Position numbers and translations under genes: made by a program. DNA of 64,000 nucleotides, from the NCBI GenBank assembly GCA_965214935.1, contig CBDCCS010000011.1, forward strand, positions 160,001-224,000, given 5' to 3'. Positions 19,866 to 28,240 of the stretch are shown here, piece by piece. The notes beneath the pieces are model-generated. The model saw only the letters and a program-made list of their open reading frames with translations, had not been told where the DNA came from and did not search any database. Position 1 is the first letter of the stretch; the number at the start of each line of letters is the position of its first letter. The stretch comes from Candidatus Velthaea sp. (lineage in GTDB: Bacteria; Vulcanimicrobiota; Vulcanimicrobiia; Vulcanimicrobiales; Vulcanimicrobiaceae).

Positions 19866-21316
19866 TGCTCGACCCCGCGAACACGGCGGCATTTCGTGCC
19901 CTCGCGCACCGCATGCTCGATGATTCGCTCGACGAACTAACGGCACTCGGCGCGGGCCCGGTTTGGCAGCCGATACCCGAGGGCGTAAAAGCCGCGTTGC
20001 TGACGAACGTGCCGCGCGCACCATCGGCTCTGCCCGACGTGTACGCCGAATACCGGTCGGCGATCGCGCCTTTCGATAACGGCAATCGCCACCCGCGATT
20101 TTTCGGTTGGGTTCACGGCAACGGCACGCCATCGGGCGTGCTCGCGGAACTCCTGGCGGCGACGCTCAATGCAAACGCCGGCGGACGCGAACATAGCGCC
20201 GTGTATGTCGAGCGCGCGATCGTCCGCTGGAGTGCCGAAATCTTCGGCTTTCCGCCCGACGCCGGCGGCATTCTCACGAGCGGCACGTCGCTGGCGAATC
20301 TCATCGCCGTTCTCGTTGCGCGCCGGCAGTATGCCGGCGAGACGGTGCGTAGCGACGGTTTGCAAGGTCGACGGCTCACTGCGTACGCCTCGGCCGGCGT
20401 CCACCGCAGCTTACCGGCGGCGTTCGATTATGCCGGTCTGGGCAGTACCGCGTTGCGCCGGGTCGCAATCGATGCCGATCAGCGCATCGACGTGCAGGCG
20501 CTTCGGGCCGAAGTTGCCGCAGATCGCGCGACCCGTTGCGAGCCGTTCATGGTCGTGGCAACTGCAGGCAGCGTTGATACCGGCGCGATCGACGATCTAT
20601 CTGCGCTGGCCGACTTCTGTGAAGCCGAACGTCTGTGGCTGCACGTCGACGGCGCGTTCGGCGGCCTTGCCGTGTTGAGTCCGGAGCATCGGGCGCTGCT
20701 CGCCGGCATCGAACGGGCGGACTCAATCGCGTTCGACTTTCACAAATGGTTGCATGTGCCGTACGATGCCGGCTGCGTCATCGTGCGTGACGGCGCATTG
20801 CACCGCTCGGCGTTCGAGCGTCCGGCAGCGTACCTTACACCGGCACCGGCCGGCATCGCCGCGGGCGAGCCGTGGTTTGCCGATTTCGGGCCGGAATTAT
20901 CCCGGCGCTTTCGCGCTCTGGCGATTTGGTTTGCATTCAAAGAACACGGCAGCGAACGTCTGGGTGCGGCCATCGGTGAGAACTGCCGTCAAGCCGCGCG
21001 CTTCGCTGCCCGCGTTGCCAATACGGCCGAACTGCGGCTGGTCGCGCCCGTCGCACTCAACATCGTCTGTTTTCGCTACGATGACGGCGTTTCGAGCCCG
21101 GCGGAAATCGACGGCCTCAATGCCGCCGTTGCAATCGATTTGCAAATACAGGGAACCGTCGTTCTTTCGACCACGCTGGTTGCCGGCCGGCCGGCGTTGC
21201 GTTTGAATCTTACCAACCACCGCACGACCGATGCCGATTTGCAATTAACGCTAAGCGCCGTCGTCGCGTGCGGCGCGAAGTACCTGCGGGGGCGAGCAGA
21301 GCTCCAGCGTGCCTGA
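19865..21316 (+). CDS. group II PLP-dependent amino acid decarboxylase
   Basis: HPRFFGWV, LTSGTSLANL, ATAGSVDTGAIDDL, WLHVDGAFGG and ADSIAFDFHKW (PLP Lys); the GTG start overlaps the upstream stop. Confidence 0.9.
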   Translation: MLDPANTAAFRALAHRMLDDSLDELTALGAGPVWQPIPEGVKAALLTNVPRAPSALPDVYAEYRSAIAPFDNGNRHPRFFGWVHGNGTPSGVLAELLAATLNANAGGREHSAVYVERAIVRWSAEIFGFPPDAGGILTSGTSLANLIAVLVARRQYAGETVRSDGLQGRRLTAYASAGVHRSLPAAFDYAGLGSTALRRVAIDADQRIDVQALRAEVAADRATRCEPFMVVATAGSVDTGAIDDLSALADFCEAERLWLHVDGAFGGLAVLSPEHRALLAGIERADSIAFDFHKWLHVPYDAGCVIVRDGALHRSAFERPAAYLTPAPAGIAAGEPWFADFGPELSRRFRALAIWFAFKEHGSERLGAAIGENCRQAARFAARVANTAELRLVAPVALNIVCFRYDDGVSSPAEIDGLNAAVAIDLQIQGTVVLSTTLVAGRPALRLNLTNHRTTDADLQLTLSAVVACGAKYLRGRAELQRA

Positions 21317-22574
21317 TTATCTGCTGGTCTGCACGCTGTGTGCTGCGACCGTCGCCGACGACGGAGCGCGGCTGGCGTGTCCGAACGACCATGCTCCGGC
21401 GCTCTTGCGTTCGGTCTATCGGGCGACCGCGTTCGAACCGGCCGGTTCGCAATCGATCCTGCGTTACGAACGCTGGCTGCCGGGCGTGCGGCGCATCGAA
21501 ACCGGCGCGCGAACCGCCGTTTATCGCAGCACGGCACTTGGAGCACACCTTGGCTTGCGCCGTCTGTGGATCGCGTTTAGCGGCTGGTGGCCCGAACGCA
21601 GTGCCACGCTGCCGACCGGCACCTTCAAGGATCTTGAAGCCGTCGCGGTGCTGCGCCGGCGCAGCCGCAGCGAAACGCGAACGCTCGTGATTGCTTCAGC
21701 GGGTAACACGGCGCTGGCATTCGCACGAGCGTGCACCGATAACGCGATCCCCGCGCTCATCGTCGTACCGCTACGGGCGTGGGATGAGACGCTGCGGACT
21801 GCCGCGCGCGGCGCTTGCGTGCAGGTCGTCGCTATTGCCGGCGCGAGCTACGACGATGCGATCGCATTTGCTCGTGAATTGTGCGCCGGCGACGATTTCG
21901 TGCTCGAAGGCGGAGTGCGCAACATTGCCCGGCGCGACGGCATGGGAACGGCGCTCTTGGCCGCAGTGGAAGCGATCGGCGAACTGCCGGATTTCTATTT
22001 CCAAGCCGTCGGCAGTGCCGCCGGCGCACTTGCCGCACATGAGGCCGGTTTGCGAATCATTGCCGACGGCCGGTACGGCACGCAACTGCCGCGCTTGATG
22101 CTCAGCCAAAATCAGCCGTTCACCCCGATACACGACGCATGGCAAGCGGGTAGCCCGCAACTCATCGCGCGATCCGAAACGCTCGCGCGGCAGCAGGCTG
22201 CCGCAATCGGAGCCTTCGTTTTGTCGAACGCCGCGCCGCCGTATGGCATAGCCGGCGGAATCTTCGAGGCGCTTAGCAGCTCGAACGGTCTCACGTTTGC
22301 AATCGACAACGCCGAAATGGGCAATGCACTGTCGCTCTTCTCGGAGCTCGAAGGGATCGCGGTCGAACCGGCGGCCGGAGTAGCGATTGCTTCACTCGTG
22401 CGCGCCGTCGCCCGCGGTGACGTGCGGAGCGACGATTGCATCGTCGTGCATGTGACGGGCGGCGGACGGCAGTTACTACGCGCACCCGCGACGCCGTCCG
22501 AACCGACGCTCGTCGTCGAGCGGCGCGAGCTTGCAACGACCGCTCTCCACCGAACGCGGTCGATCGTCGTTTAG
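21309..22574 (+). CDS. cysteate synthase (threonine synthase-like PLP enzyme)
   Basis: N-terminal CxxC..CxxxH; WIAFSGWWPE..LPTGTFKDLEA, ASAGNTA, EGGVRNIARRDGMGT, YFQAVGS, LPRLMLSQNQPFTP and VLSN..PPY match the methanogen-type (MA_3297-like) cysteate synthase family. Confidence 0.82.
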   Translation: MPDYLLVCTLCAATVADDGARLACPNDHAPALLRSVYRATAFEPAGSQSILRYERWLPGVRRIETGARTAVYRSTALGAHLGLRRLWIAFSGWWPERSATLPTGTFKDLEAVAVLRRRSRSETRTLVIASAGNTALAFARACTDNAIPALIVVPLRAWDETLRTAARGACVQVVAIAGASYDDAIAFARELCAGDDFVLEGGVRNIARRDGMGTALLAAVEAIGELPDFYFQAVGSAAGALAAHEAGLRIIADGRYGTQLPRLMLSQNQPFTPIHDAWQAGSPQLIARSETLARQQAAAIGAFVLSNAAPPYGIAGGIFEALSSSNGLTFAIDNAEMGNALSLFSELEGIAVEPAAGVAIASLVRAVARGDVRSDDCIVVHVTGGGRQLLRAPATPSEPTLVVERRELATTALHRTRSIVV

Positions 22575-23158
22575 GCCGGCAGTGCATCGTAGAAGCTCTC
22601 GACCTGCCGGCAGATCTCGCGCTCGCGATCGAAAACCAGACACCGCTCGAGCGGTTCGGCATACACGTGCAACGTCACAGCCGGCTCGTCCAGCGACGTG
22701 AATCGATGAATGTCCCGCCGTTGCGTGCGAATGTCCAAGTCGCCCGGCTTGAGGGTGTGCGCGGCGATGTGGCGGAGCGCTGCAGCGCCGGCCGTTTCTC
22801 CACCCGAGCGCAGCACGTACTCGTCGTTCACCAGCGTTCCACGGTACACGTGCACGAAACAGCGCGAATCGCCGTGCGCGTGGATCGGCGAGCGCATTTG
22901 CGCCGGCCAGCAAAGCGCGAGAATCTCAAAGCCCGTATGGCCGTAAAGGCGTATGCGCGTGTAGCGGCCCGGAACGAAATGGAGATACGGTGCAAGTGCG
23001 GCGTCATCGATCCGGTTCGCAAGCAGAATTTCTGCGATCCGGTCCGCTTTAACGGACCGGAAGTCCACCCGTTCGAACGCGGCGATCATCCGTTCGAGGG
23101 CAACCGGACGCACCGCTGCGCGAAGTTCCGCGCGTTGCGACAACACTGCACTTTCCAT
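22571..23158 (-). CDS. cysteine dioxygenase family protein
   Basis: YTR, CW...SPIHAHGDSRCF, IHR and TLHVY: a 3-His cupin with the H-x-Y part of the catalytic triad. Confidence 0.85.
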   Translation of the reverse strand: MESAVLSQRAELRAAVRPVALERMIAAFERVDFRSVKADRIAEILLANRIDDAALAPYLHFVPGRYTRIRLYGHTGFEILALCWPAQMRSPIHAHGDSRCFVHVYRGTLVNDEYVLRSGGETAGAAALRHIAAHTLKPGDLDIRTQRRDIHRFTSLDEPAVTLHVYAEPLERCLVFDREREICRQVESFYDALPA

Positions 23159-23235
23159 ACCGATATACTTGTCGGTCAGCGGTCAACAAAGAGCCAACTT
23201 GCGTTGCTGCCGGTCGCTCGGCGTGACATGCGGCC

Positions 23236-24174
23236 GTGAGACCGCCGGGTGAGCGCGGCGAATGGCTGCATTGGCTGGGCGCCGGCCGTCACGGCTCCGA
23301 TGATGAGTATGCACGAGCGCTGCAGCCAATGCTGCACGACATTCGCGACCGCGTGATCGCCAACGCCGAAATCAGCGGCGCTGCGCGCGTCGCCGACGTC
23401 GGCTGCGGCGACGGTCTCGTCGGCTTGCGCATACTCGAAACACATCCCGAAGCCGGCGTTACGTTTATCGATGTCTCGCCCGAACTCATCGATCGTACAC
23501 GCGACATCGCACGCCGGCGCGGCATGCTCGAGCGCTGCCGCTTTGTCGTCAGTTCGGCCGAAACACTGCCGGCCGTTGCAACGGCATCCGTCGACGTCGT
23601 GACCATCCGTGCCGTACTACCGTATCTGGCCGACAAACGCGCGGCGTTGGCGGAATGTTATCGCATTCTGCGGCCGGGCGGACGGCTGAGTCTTGCCGAT
23701 CCGATCTTCGCCGATCAGGCCTACGTCTTAGCCGGTATCGCCGGCCAACTAAGATCCGGCACGATCGGCGCGGCGCATACATATTTTGAATTCCTTCATC
23801 GTTGCCGGTCGGCGCATTTACCCGATACCATCGAAGGCATTCGCACGAACCCGTTGACCGCTTACTCGGAACGCGATCTGGTGAATCTTAGCGAAGCCGT
23901 CGGATTCACGAACGTCCACTTGCGTTTACACATCGATGTCGAGCCGGCGGTACCGGTGGCCTGGAACGTGTATCTTCAGACCTCGCCGCGCGCGGGCGTT
24001 CCGCCCTACGGCGAACTCCTCGCAACGCTTTTCAGCGCCGCCGAGCGGCTCGACTTCGAGCGGCTGTTTCGGCCTGCCGTTGAGGCCGGAACGCATACTG
24101 AACGAAACACGAACGCATACGTCTTTGCCGTTAAACCGCCTCCGAGCGGGTCGCCGTCAGTGCGGCAGCTTTAA
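23236..24174 (+). CDS. class I SAM-dependent methyltransferase
   Basis: VADVGCGDG, SVDVVT and YRILRPGGRL motifs. Confidence 0.85.
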   Translation: MRPPGERGEWLHWLGAGRHGSDDEYARALQPMLHDIRDRVIANAEISGAARVADVGCGDGLVGLRILETHPEAGVTFIDVSPELIDRTRDIARRRGMLERCRFVVSSAETLPAVATASVDVVTIRAVLPYLADKRAALAECYRILRPGGRLSLADPIFADQAYVLAGIAGQLRSGTIGAAHTYFEFLHRCRSAHLPDTIEGIRTNPLTAYSERDLVNLSEAVGFTNVHLRLHIDVEPAVPVAWNVYLQTSPRAGVPPYGELLATLFSAAERLDFERLFRPAVEAGTHTERNTNAYVFAVKPPPSGSPSVRQL

Positions 24175-24888
24175 GCGGTCGCCCGCGACGAGTTGCGCGG
24201 CGTAAAAAAGACTCTCGAACTGCCCGGCGTCCGTCCACCAGCCGTCGAGCACGTCGTAGCGCAGATCGCCGGCATCGATGTAGGCGTTGTTGACATCGGT
24301 AATTTCAAGTTCGCCGCGCTCGGAACGCTTGAGGTTCCGGCAATAATCGAAGACTCGGCCGTCATACATATAGATGCCGGTGACGGCATAGTTACTCATC
24401 GGTACGACCGGCTTCTCGACGATGCGCACGATGCGGTCGCCCTCGATTTCCGGCACGCCGAATCGCTCGGGGTCGGCGACTTCTTTGAGCAAGATCCGCG
24501 CGCCGGAACCTTGTTGCCGAAAGCGTTCGACGAACGGCAGAATGTCGTCTTGGATGATGTTGTCGCCTAAAATAACGCAGACCGGCTGTTCGTCGGCGAA
24601 GTGCTCGCACAATCTGAGCGCGTCGGCGATCCCGCCTTCGCCTTCCTGATACGTGTAATAGATGTCTTTGAGTCCGAAGTCGCGGCCATTGCCCAGTAGG
24701 CGTAGAAAATCACCGGCCGAATTTCCGCCGGTGACGATCATAATATCTTTAATGCCGGCTTTGCATAGCGTTTCGAGTGGATAATAGATCATCGGCTTGT
24801 CGTAGATCGGCAGCAGATGCTTGTTCGTGATTTTTGTTAACGGCCGTAAGCGCGATCCGAGTCCGCCGGCGAGAATGATGCCCTTCAC
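24157..24888 (-). CDS. rfbA: sugar-phosphate nucleotidyltransferase (short glucose-1-phosphate thymidylyltransferase type)
   Basis: MKGIILAGGLGSRLRPLT..NKHLLPIYDKPMIYYP, EKP, RGELEITD and WWTDAG motifs. Confidence 0.85.
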   Translation of the reverse strand: MKGIILAGGLGSRLRPLTKITNKHLLPIYDKPMIYYPLETLCKAGIKDIMIVTGGNSAGDFLRLLGNGRDFGLKDIYYTYQEGEGGIADALRLCEHFADEQPVCVILGDNIIQDDILPFVERFRQQGSGARILLKEVADPERFGVPEIEGDRIVRIVEKPVVPMSNYAVTGIYMYDGRVFDYCRNLKRSERGELEITDVNNAYIDAGDLRYDVLDGWWTDAGQFESLFYAAQLVAGDRLKLPH

Positions 24889-24914
24889 GAGACGTTGTCT
24901 TACGCGCCGAACCG

Positions 24915-25928
24915 TTAACGCCCCGCATATTGCCGCTCGTAATAACGCCGGTACTCAGCTGATTTTGTCGCTCGCCACCACGCCTCGTTCGCGCGATACC
25001 AGCTGACGGTGTCGGCCAGGCCTCGCGTGAAGTCCACCCGCGGCGACCAGCCTAAGTCGCGTGCTTTCGAGGCGTCGAGCGAGTAGCGCCCGTCGTGCCC
25101 CGGGCGGTCCGTGACGTGCCGCACGTGGGTCGCGAACGCCCGTCCCGTCTGGGCCAGCAATTGCTCGGTAATCTCATAGTTCGTACGCGAATTTCCGCCG
25201 CCCAGGTTGTAGATTTCACCGGGTGCGCCGTGCTCGAGAACGTGCCGGATACCTCGCGCGTGATCGTCGACGTGCAGCCAATCGCGGACCTGCCGGCCGT
25301 CGCCGTACATCGGCACCGTCTCATCGTCGAGCAGGTTGGTAACGAAGAGCGGAATGAGTTTCTCGGGGTATTGATACGGCCCGTACGTGTTGGAGCCGCG
25401 CGTGATGACGACCGGCGCGCCGTAGGTCGTTCGGTACGCAAGCACGAGCAGGTCACCGCCGGCTTTGGCTGCGGCGTACGGTGACCGCGGCGCAACCGGA
25501 TCGCTTTCGACGGATGAACCGCTATGGACATGACCGTACACTTCGTCGGTCGAAACTTGCAGATAGCGGCCGACATTGCCGGCGCGCATGGCCTCGAGCA
25601 GGACGTGCGTTCCGAGCACTCCGGTCTGTAGAAACGCCTCGGGTTCCAGAATCGAGCGGTCGACATGCGTTTCGGCCGCAAAATTAACGATTGCATCGAC
25701 GCCCGAACCGATCGCCGAGCGAACGGCGCCCGGATCGCAGATGCTGCCTTGCACGAAGGTGAAACGCGAATCGCCGCCGGCCGGCGCGAGGTTCGAGAGA
25801 TTCCCCGCGTAGGTCAAAGCGTCGAGCACCGTAAGACGTACATCGTTGCGCTCGCGTAAGGTTTGACGTACGAACGCCGAGCCGATAAAACCGGCACCGC
25901 CCGTTACTAGCCAATGTACAGAGGTCAT
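24915..25928 (-). CDS. rfbB: dTDP-glucose 4,6-dehydratase
   Basis: VTGGAGFIGS, DALTYAGN, AAETHVDRSI, VSTDEVYG, YGPYQYPEKLIP and DRPGHD motifs. Confidence 0.95.
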   Translation of the reverse strand: MTSVHWLVTGGAGFIGSAFVRQTLRERNDVRLTVLDALTYAGNLSNLAPAGGDSRFTFVQGSICDPGAVRSAIGSGVDAIVNFAAETHVDRSILEPEAFLQTGVLGTHVLLEAMRAGNVGRYLQVSTDEVYGHVHSGSSVESDPVAPRSPYAAAKAGGDLLVLAYRTTYGAPVVITRGSNTYGPYQYPEKLIPLFVTNLLDDETVPMYGDGRQVRDWLHVDDHARGIRHVLEHGAPGEIYNLGGGNSRTNYEITEQLLAQTGRAFATHVRHVTDRPGHDGRYSLDASKARDLGWSPRVDFTRGLADTVSWYRANEAWWRATKSAEYRRYYERQYAGR

Positions 25929-26005
25929 AGCGCGACATTCTTCGAGCGCCGCTCAGTCCCGTTCGGGCCGGGAACTCGGGCCGCGCGCTTTGCGTCAAGA
26001 CAGCG

Positions 26006-27262
26006 ATGAACACGGCGCTATTTCCGATTGCCGACCATCCCATCGCGACGCGCGACGAAGGTTTACGCCGGCTTGCAGCATTCGTGCCGCGTTCGGGCCG
26101 TGCGTACGCTGCCGAACGCAATCACGACCGCGGTCCCGACGAGCGCTCGAATGTATCGGTCCTTTCGCCGTACGTTCGGCACCGTGCAATTACCGAAACG
26201 GAAATTTTGCGCGCGGTGCTCGTGCGGTACTCACTTTCGAGTGCCGAAAAATTCGTCCAGGAAGTCTTCTGGCGGACGTATTGGAAGGGTTGGCTCGAGG
26301 CACACCCGGCCGCGTGGAGCCGCTACCGCCAAACGCTCGCCGAACGTTTCGCCGACTGCGAACGCGACGCACAACTGTCGGCGCGGTATGAAGCGGCGAT
26401 GGCCGGCCGCTCCGGTATCGACGCCTTCGATGCTTGGGCAACCGAGTTGCGCGAGCGAAACTACCTCCACAATCATGCCCGTATGTGGTTTGCAAGTATT
26501 TGGATTTTCACGCTCGGCTTACCGTGGGAACTCGGCGCCGATTTTTTCTTTCGCCATCTGCTCGACGGCGATCCGGCATCGAACACGCTATCGTGGCGCT
26601 GGGTCGCGGGGTTGCAAACACGCGGTAAAGCATACACCGCGACGCGTGACAATATCGCACACTACACCGGCGCACGTTTCGCAGCCGAACCACCGCTGGC
26701 GCGCGCGATCACGCCGCTCGATGATGCGCCGCTCGCGCTCGTGCCGCTACCCGTCGTATCGTCCGCCACGGAACTTGCCGTCGAACCGAGTTTGCTGGTG
26801 CTGCATGAAGACGATCTGCACGGCGATCTGACCGAGTTGCCGTCGGCCGCGACGACGAGCGGCGTCTGCGCCCTGCGTGCTTCGCACCGCCGTTCGGCAC
26901 GTGACGTCAGCCCGGCGGTTTCGGCGTTTAGCGACGCGCTTGCCGCGCAAGCGGTAACGCGTGTTGCCGTCGAACTCGATGCGCCGGATCTCGGCGTCTT
27001 GCCGGCCGGCGCCGGCGAACTGCAAGCCGTGCGTGCCGCCGCGCTGAGTTGCGGCGCGACACGTATCGTGACGCCGTTCGCACCGGTCGGCCCGGTACGC
27101 GAAACGCTCGACGAGATTCGCGCCGCCGCCGTCGTACCGCTGTACGCCGAATTCGGCCGGCGCTATGACGCCGTTGCTTGGCCCGCCGCCACCCGCGGTT
27201 TTTTTGCCTTGCGTACGCGTATAGCCGGCATACTTGACGAGCTTGGAATTGCCGCGGGTTGA
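26006..27262 (+). CDS. photolyase with an N-terminal FAD-binding domain (inverted-domain, NewPHL-like)
   Basis: YAAERN, VSVLSPYVRH, KFVQEVFWRTYW, YLHNHARMWFASIW and LLDGDPASNTLSWRWVAG lie in the N-terminal half; shorter C-terminal domain with LHEDD. Confidence 0.85.
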   Translation: MNTALFPIADHPIATRDEGLRRLAAFVPRSGRAYAAERNHDRGPDERSNVSVLSPYVRHRAITETEILRAVLVRYSLSSAEKFVQEVFWRTYWKGWLEAHPAAWSRYRQTLAERFADCERDAQLSARYEAAMAGRSGIDAFDAWATELRERNYLHNHARMWFASIWIFTLGLPWELGADFFFRHLLDGDPASNTLSWRWVAGLQTRGKAYTATRDNIAHYTGARFAAEPPLARAITPLDDAPLALVPLPVVSSATELAVEPSLLVLHEDDLHGDLTELPSAATTSGVCALRASHRRSARDVSPAVSAFSDALAAQAVTRVAVELDAPDLGVLPAGAGELQAVRAAALSCGATRIVTPFAPVGPVRETLDEIRAAAVVPLYAEFGRRYDAVAWPAATRGFFALRTRIAGILDELGIAAG

Positions 27263-28047
27263 CATTGCGGGCACATGTATACGGTCCGGCCGGCAAGCGG
27301 CGCACGAACGATCGGCGTGCCGCACAGCAAACATGGCCGGCCGGTCCGATGGTAGACATAGTAGCGTTCCCCGCGCCGCACGGCGCCGTGCGGATGCGGT
27401 CGATCGGCGGGGTCGGTCGTGATGATGCGACCGGTGCGTTCACCTTCACGTAGAAGGACGCGTGCATCGCGCCAAACTGCAAGCAACTGCGTGCGGGTTA
27501 GCGCTCGGCCCGGTGTAAGCGGCGCGATGCGTGCACGAAACGCAAGTTCCGCGCGATAGACGTTGCCGATGCCGCCGATGACCGACTGATCCATCAGCAA
27601 CGCACCGAACGCCATACTGCTGCGCTGTATTCGCGCGATGACTCGAGCCGGACGAGCGTCGGTCCGCAGCGGGTCAGGTCCGATGCGCGCCAGCAGTGCC
27701 CGGCGTGCGGCGGCATCGATAATTTCACAGGCCGTCGGACCGCTCAGCGCCATCCAGCCGCCGGCGTGCATGAGTCGCAAACGCACCGCTCCGCGCGGTA
27801 CGGGCGGCGCTCCGGTGCCCAGCCGGAAACGGCCGAACAAGCCGAGATGAACGTGCAGCCAACCCGCTCCGTCAAAGCGATACAGAAGATGTTTACCATA
27901 GGCTTCGATTCGGTCGAGCATCAAACCGTCGAGCTGCGCGGCGCCCGCGATAAAGCGTCCCTGCGGTGAATCAGCTTGCAACATGTGGCCGGCAAGTAAT
28001 TCTGCTTGCATCCGCGCAGCGCGATGGATCGTATGTCCTTCAGGCAC
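27163..28047 (-). CDS. nei: Fpg/Nei family DNA glycosylase
   Basis: MPEGHTIHR N-terminus, GKHL, HLGLFG, H2TH motif LMDQSVIGGIGNVYRAE and zinc finger CLLCG...CPQCQ. Confidence 0.92.
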   Translation of the reverse strand: MPEGHTIHRAARMQAELLAGHMLQADSPQGRFIAGAAQLDGLMLDRIEAYGKHLLYRFDGAGWLHVHLGLFGRFRLGTGAPPVPRGAVRLRLMHAGGWMALSGPTACEIIDAAARRALLARIGPDPLRTDARPARVIARIQRSSMAFGALLMDQSVIGGIGNVYRAELAFRARIAPLTPGRALTRTQLLAVWRDARVLLREGERTGRIITTDPADRPHPHGAVRRGERYYVYHRTGRPCLLCGTPIVRAPLAGRTVYMCPQCQPAAIPSSSSMPAIRVRKAKKPRVAAGQATAS

Positions 28048-28105
28048 GCTCGATCAGACGCATACGAAGCGTCGCCCGGTTCCAGCGCGCGCGGCGCAAC
28101 AGCGG

Positions 28106-28240
28106 ATGAAAACGGTGAAAAAGGCCGACCTGCCGCAGAAGCGGTGCGTACGCTGCGGCCGGCCGTTCAACTGGCGCAAAAAATGGGCGAAGGTTTGGCT
28201 CGAGGTTAAATACTGCAGCGAACGCTGCCGTCGCGGCTAA
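28106..28240 (+). CDS. DUF2256 small Cys-rich protein
   Basis: MKTVKKADLPQKRCVRCGRPFNWRKKWAKVWLEVKYCSERCRR is the recognisable DUF2256 pattern. Confidence 0.88.
   Translation: MKTVKKADLPQKRCVRCGRPFNWRKKWAKVWLEVKYCSERCRRG

Noticed and set aside
21309..22574. Threonine synthase thrC call
   Set aside because: It lacks the typical K.EG.NPTGSFKDRG context and has cysteate-synthase-type motifs instead
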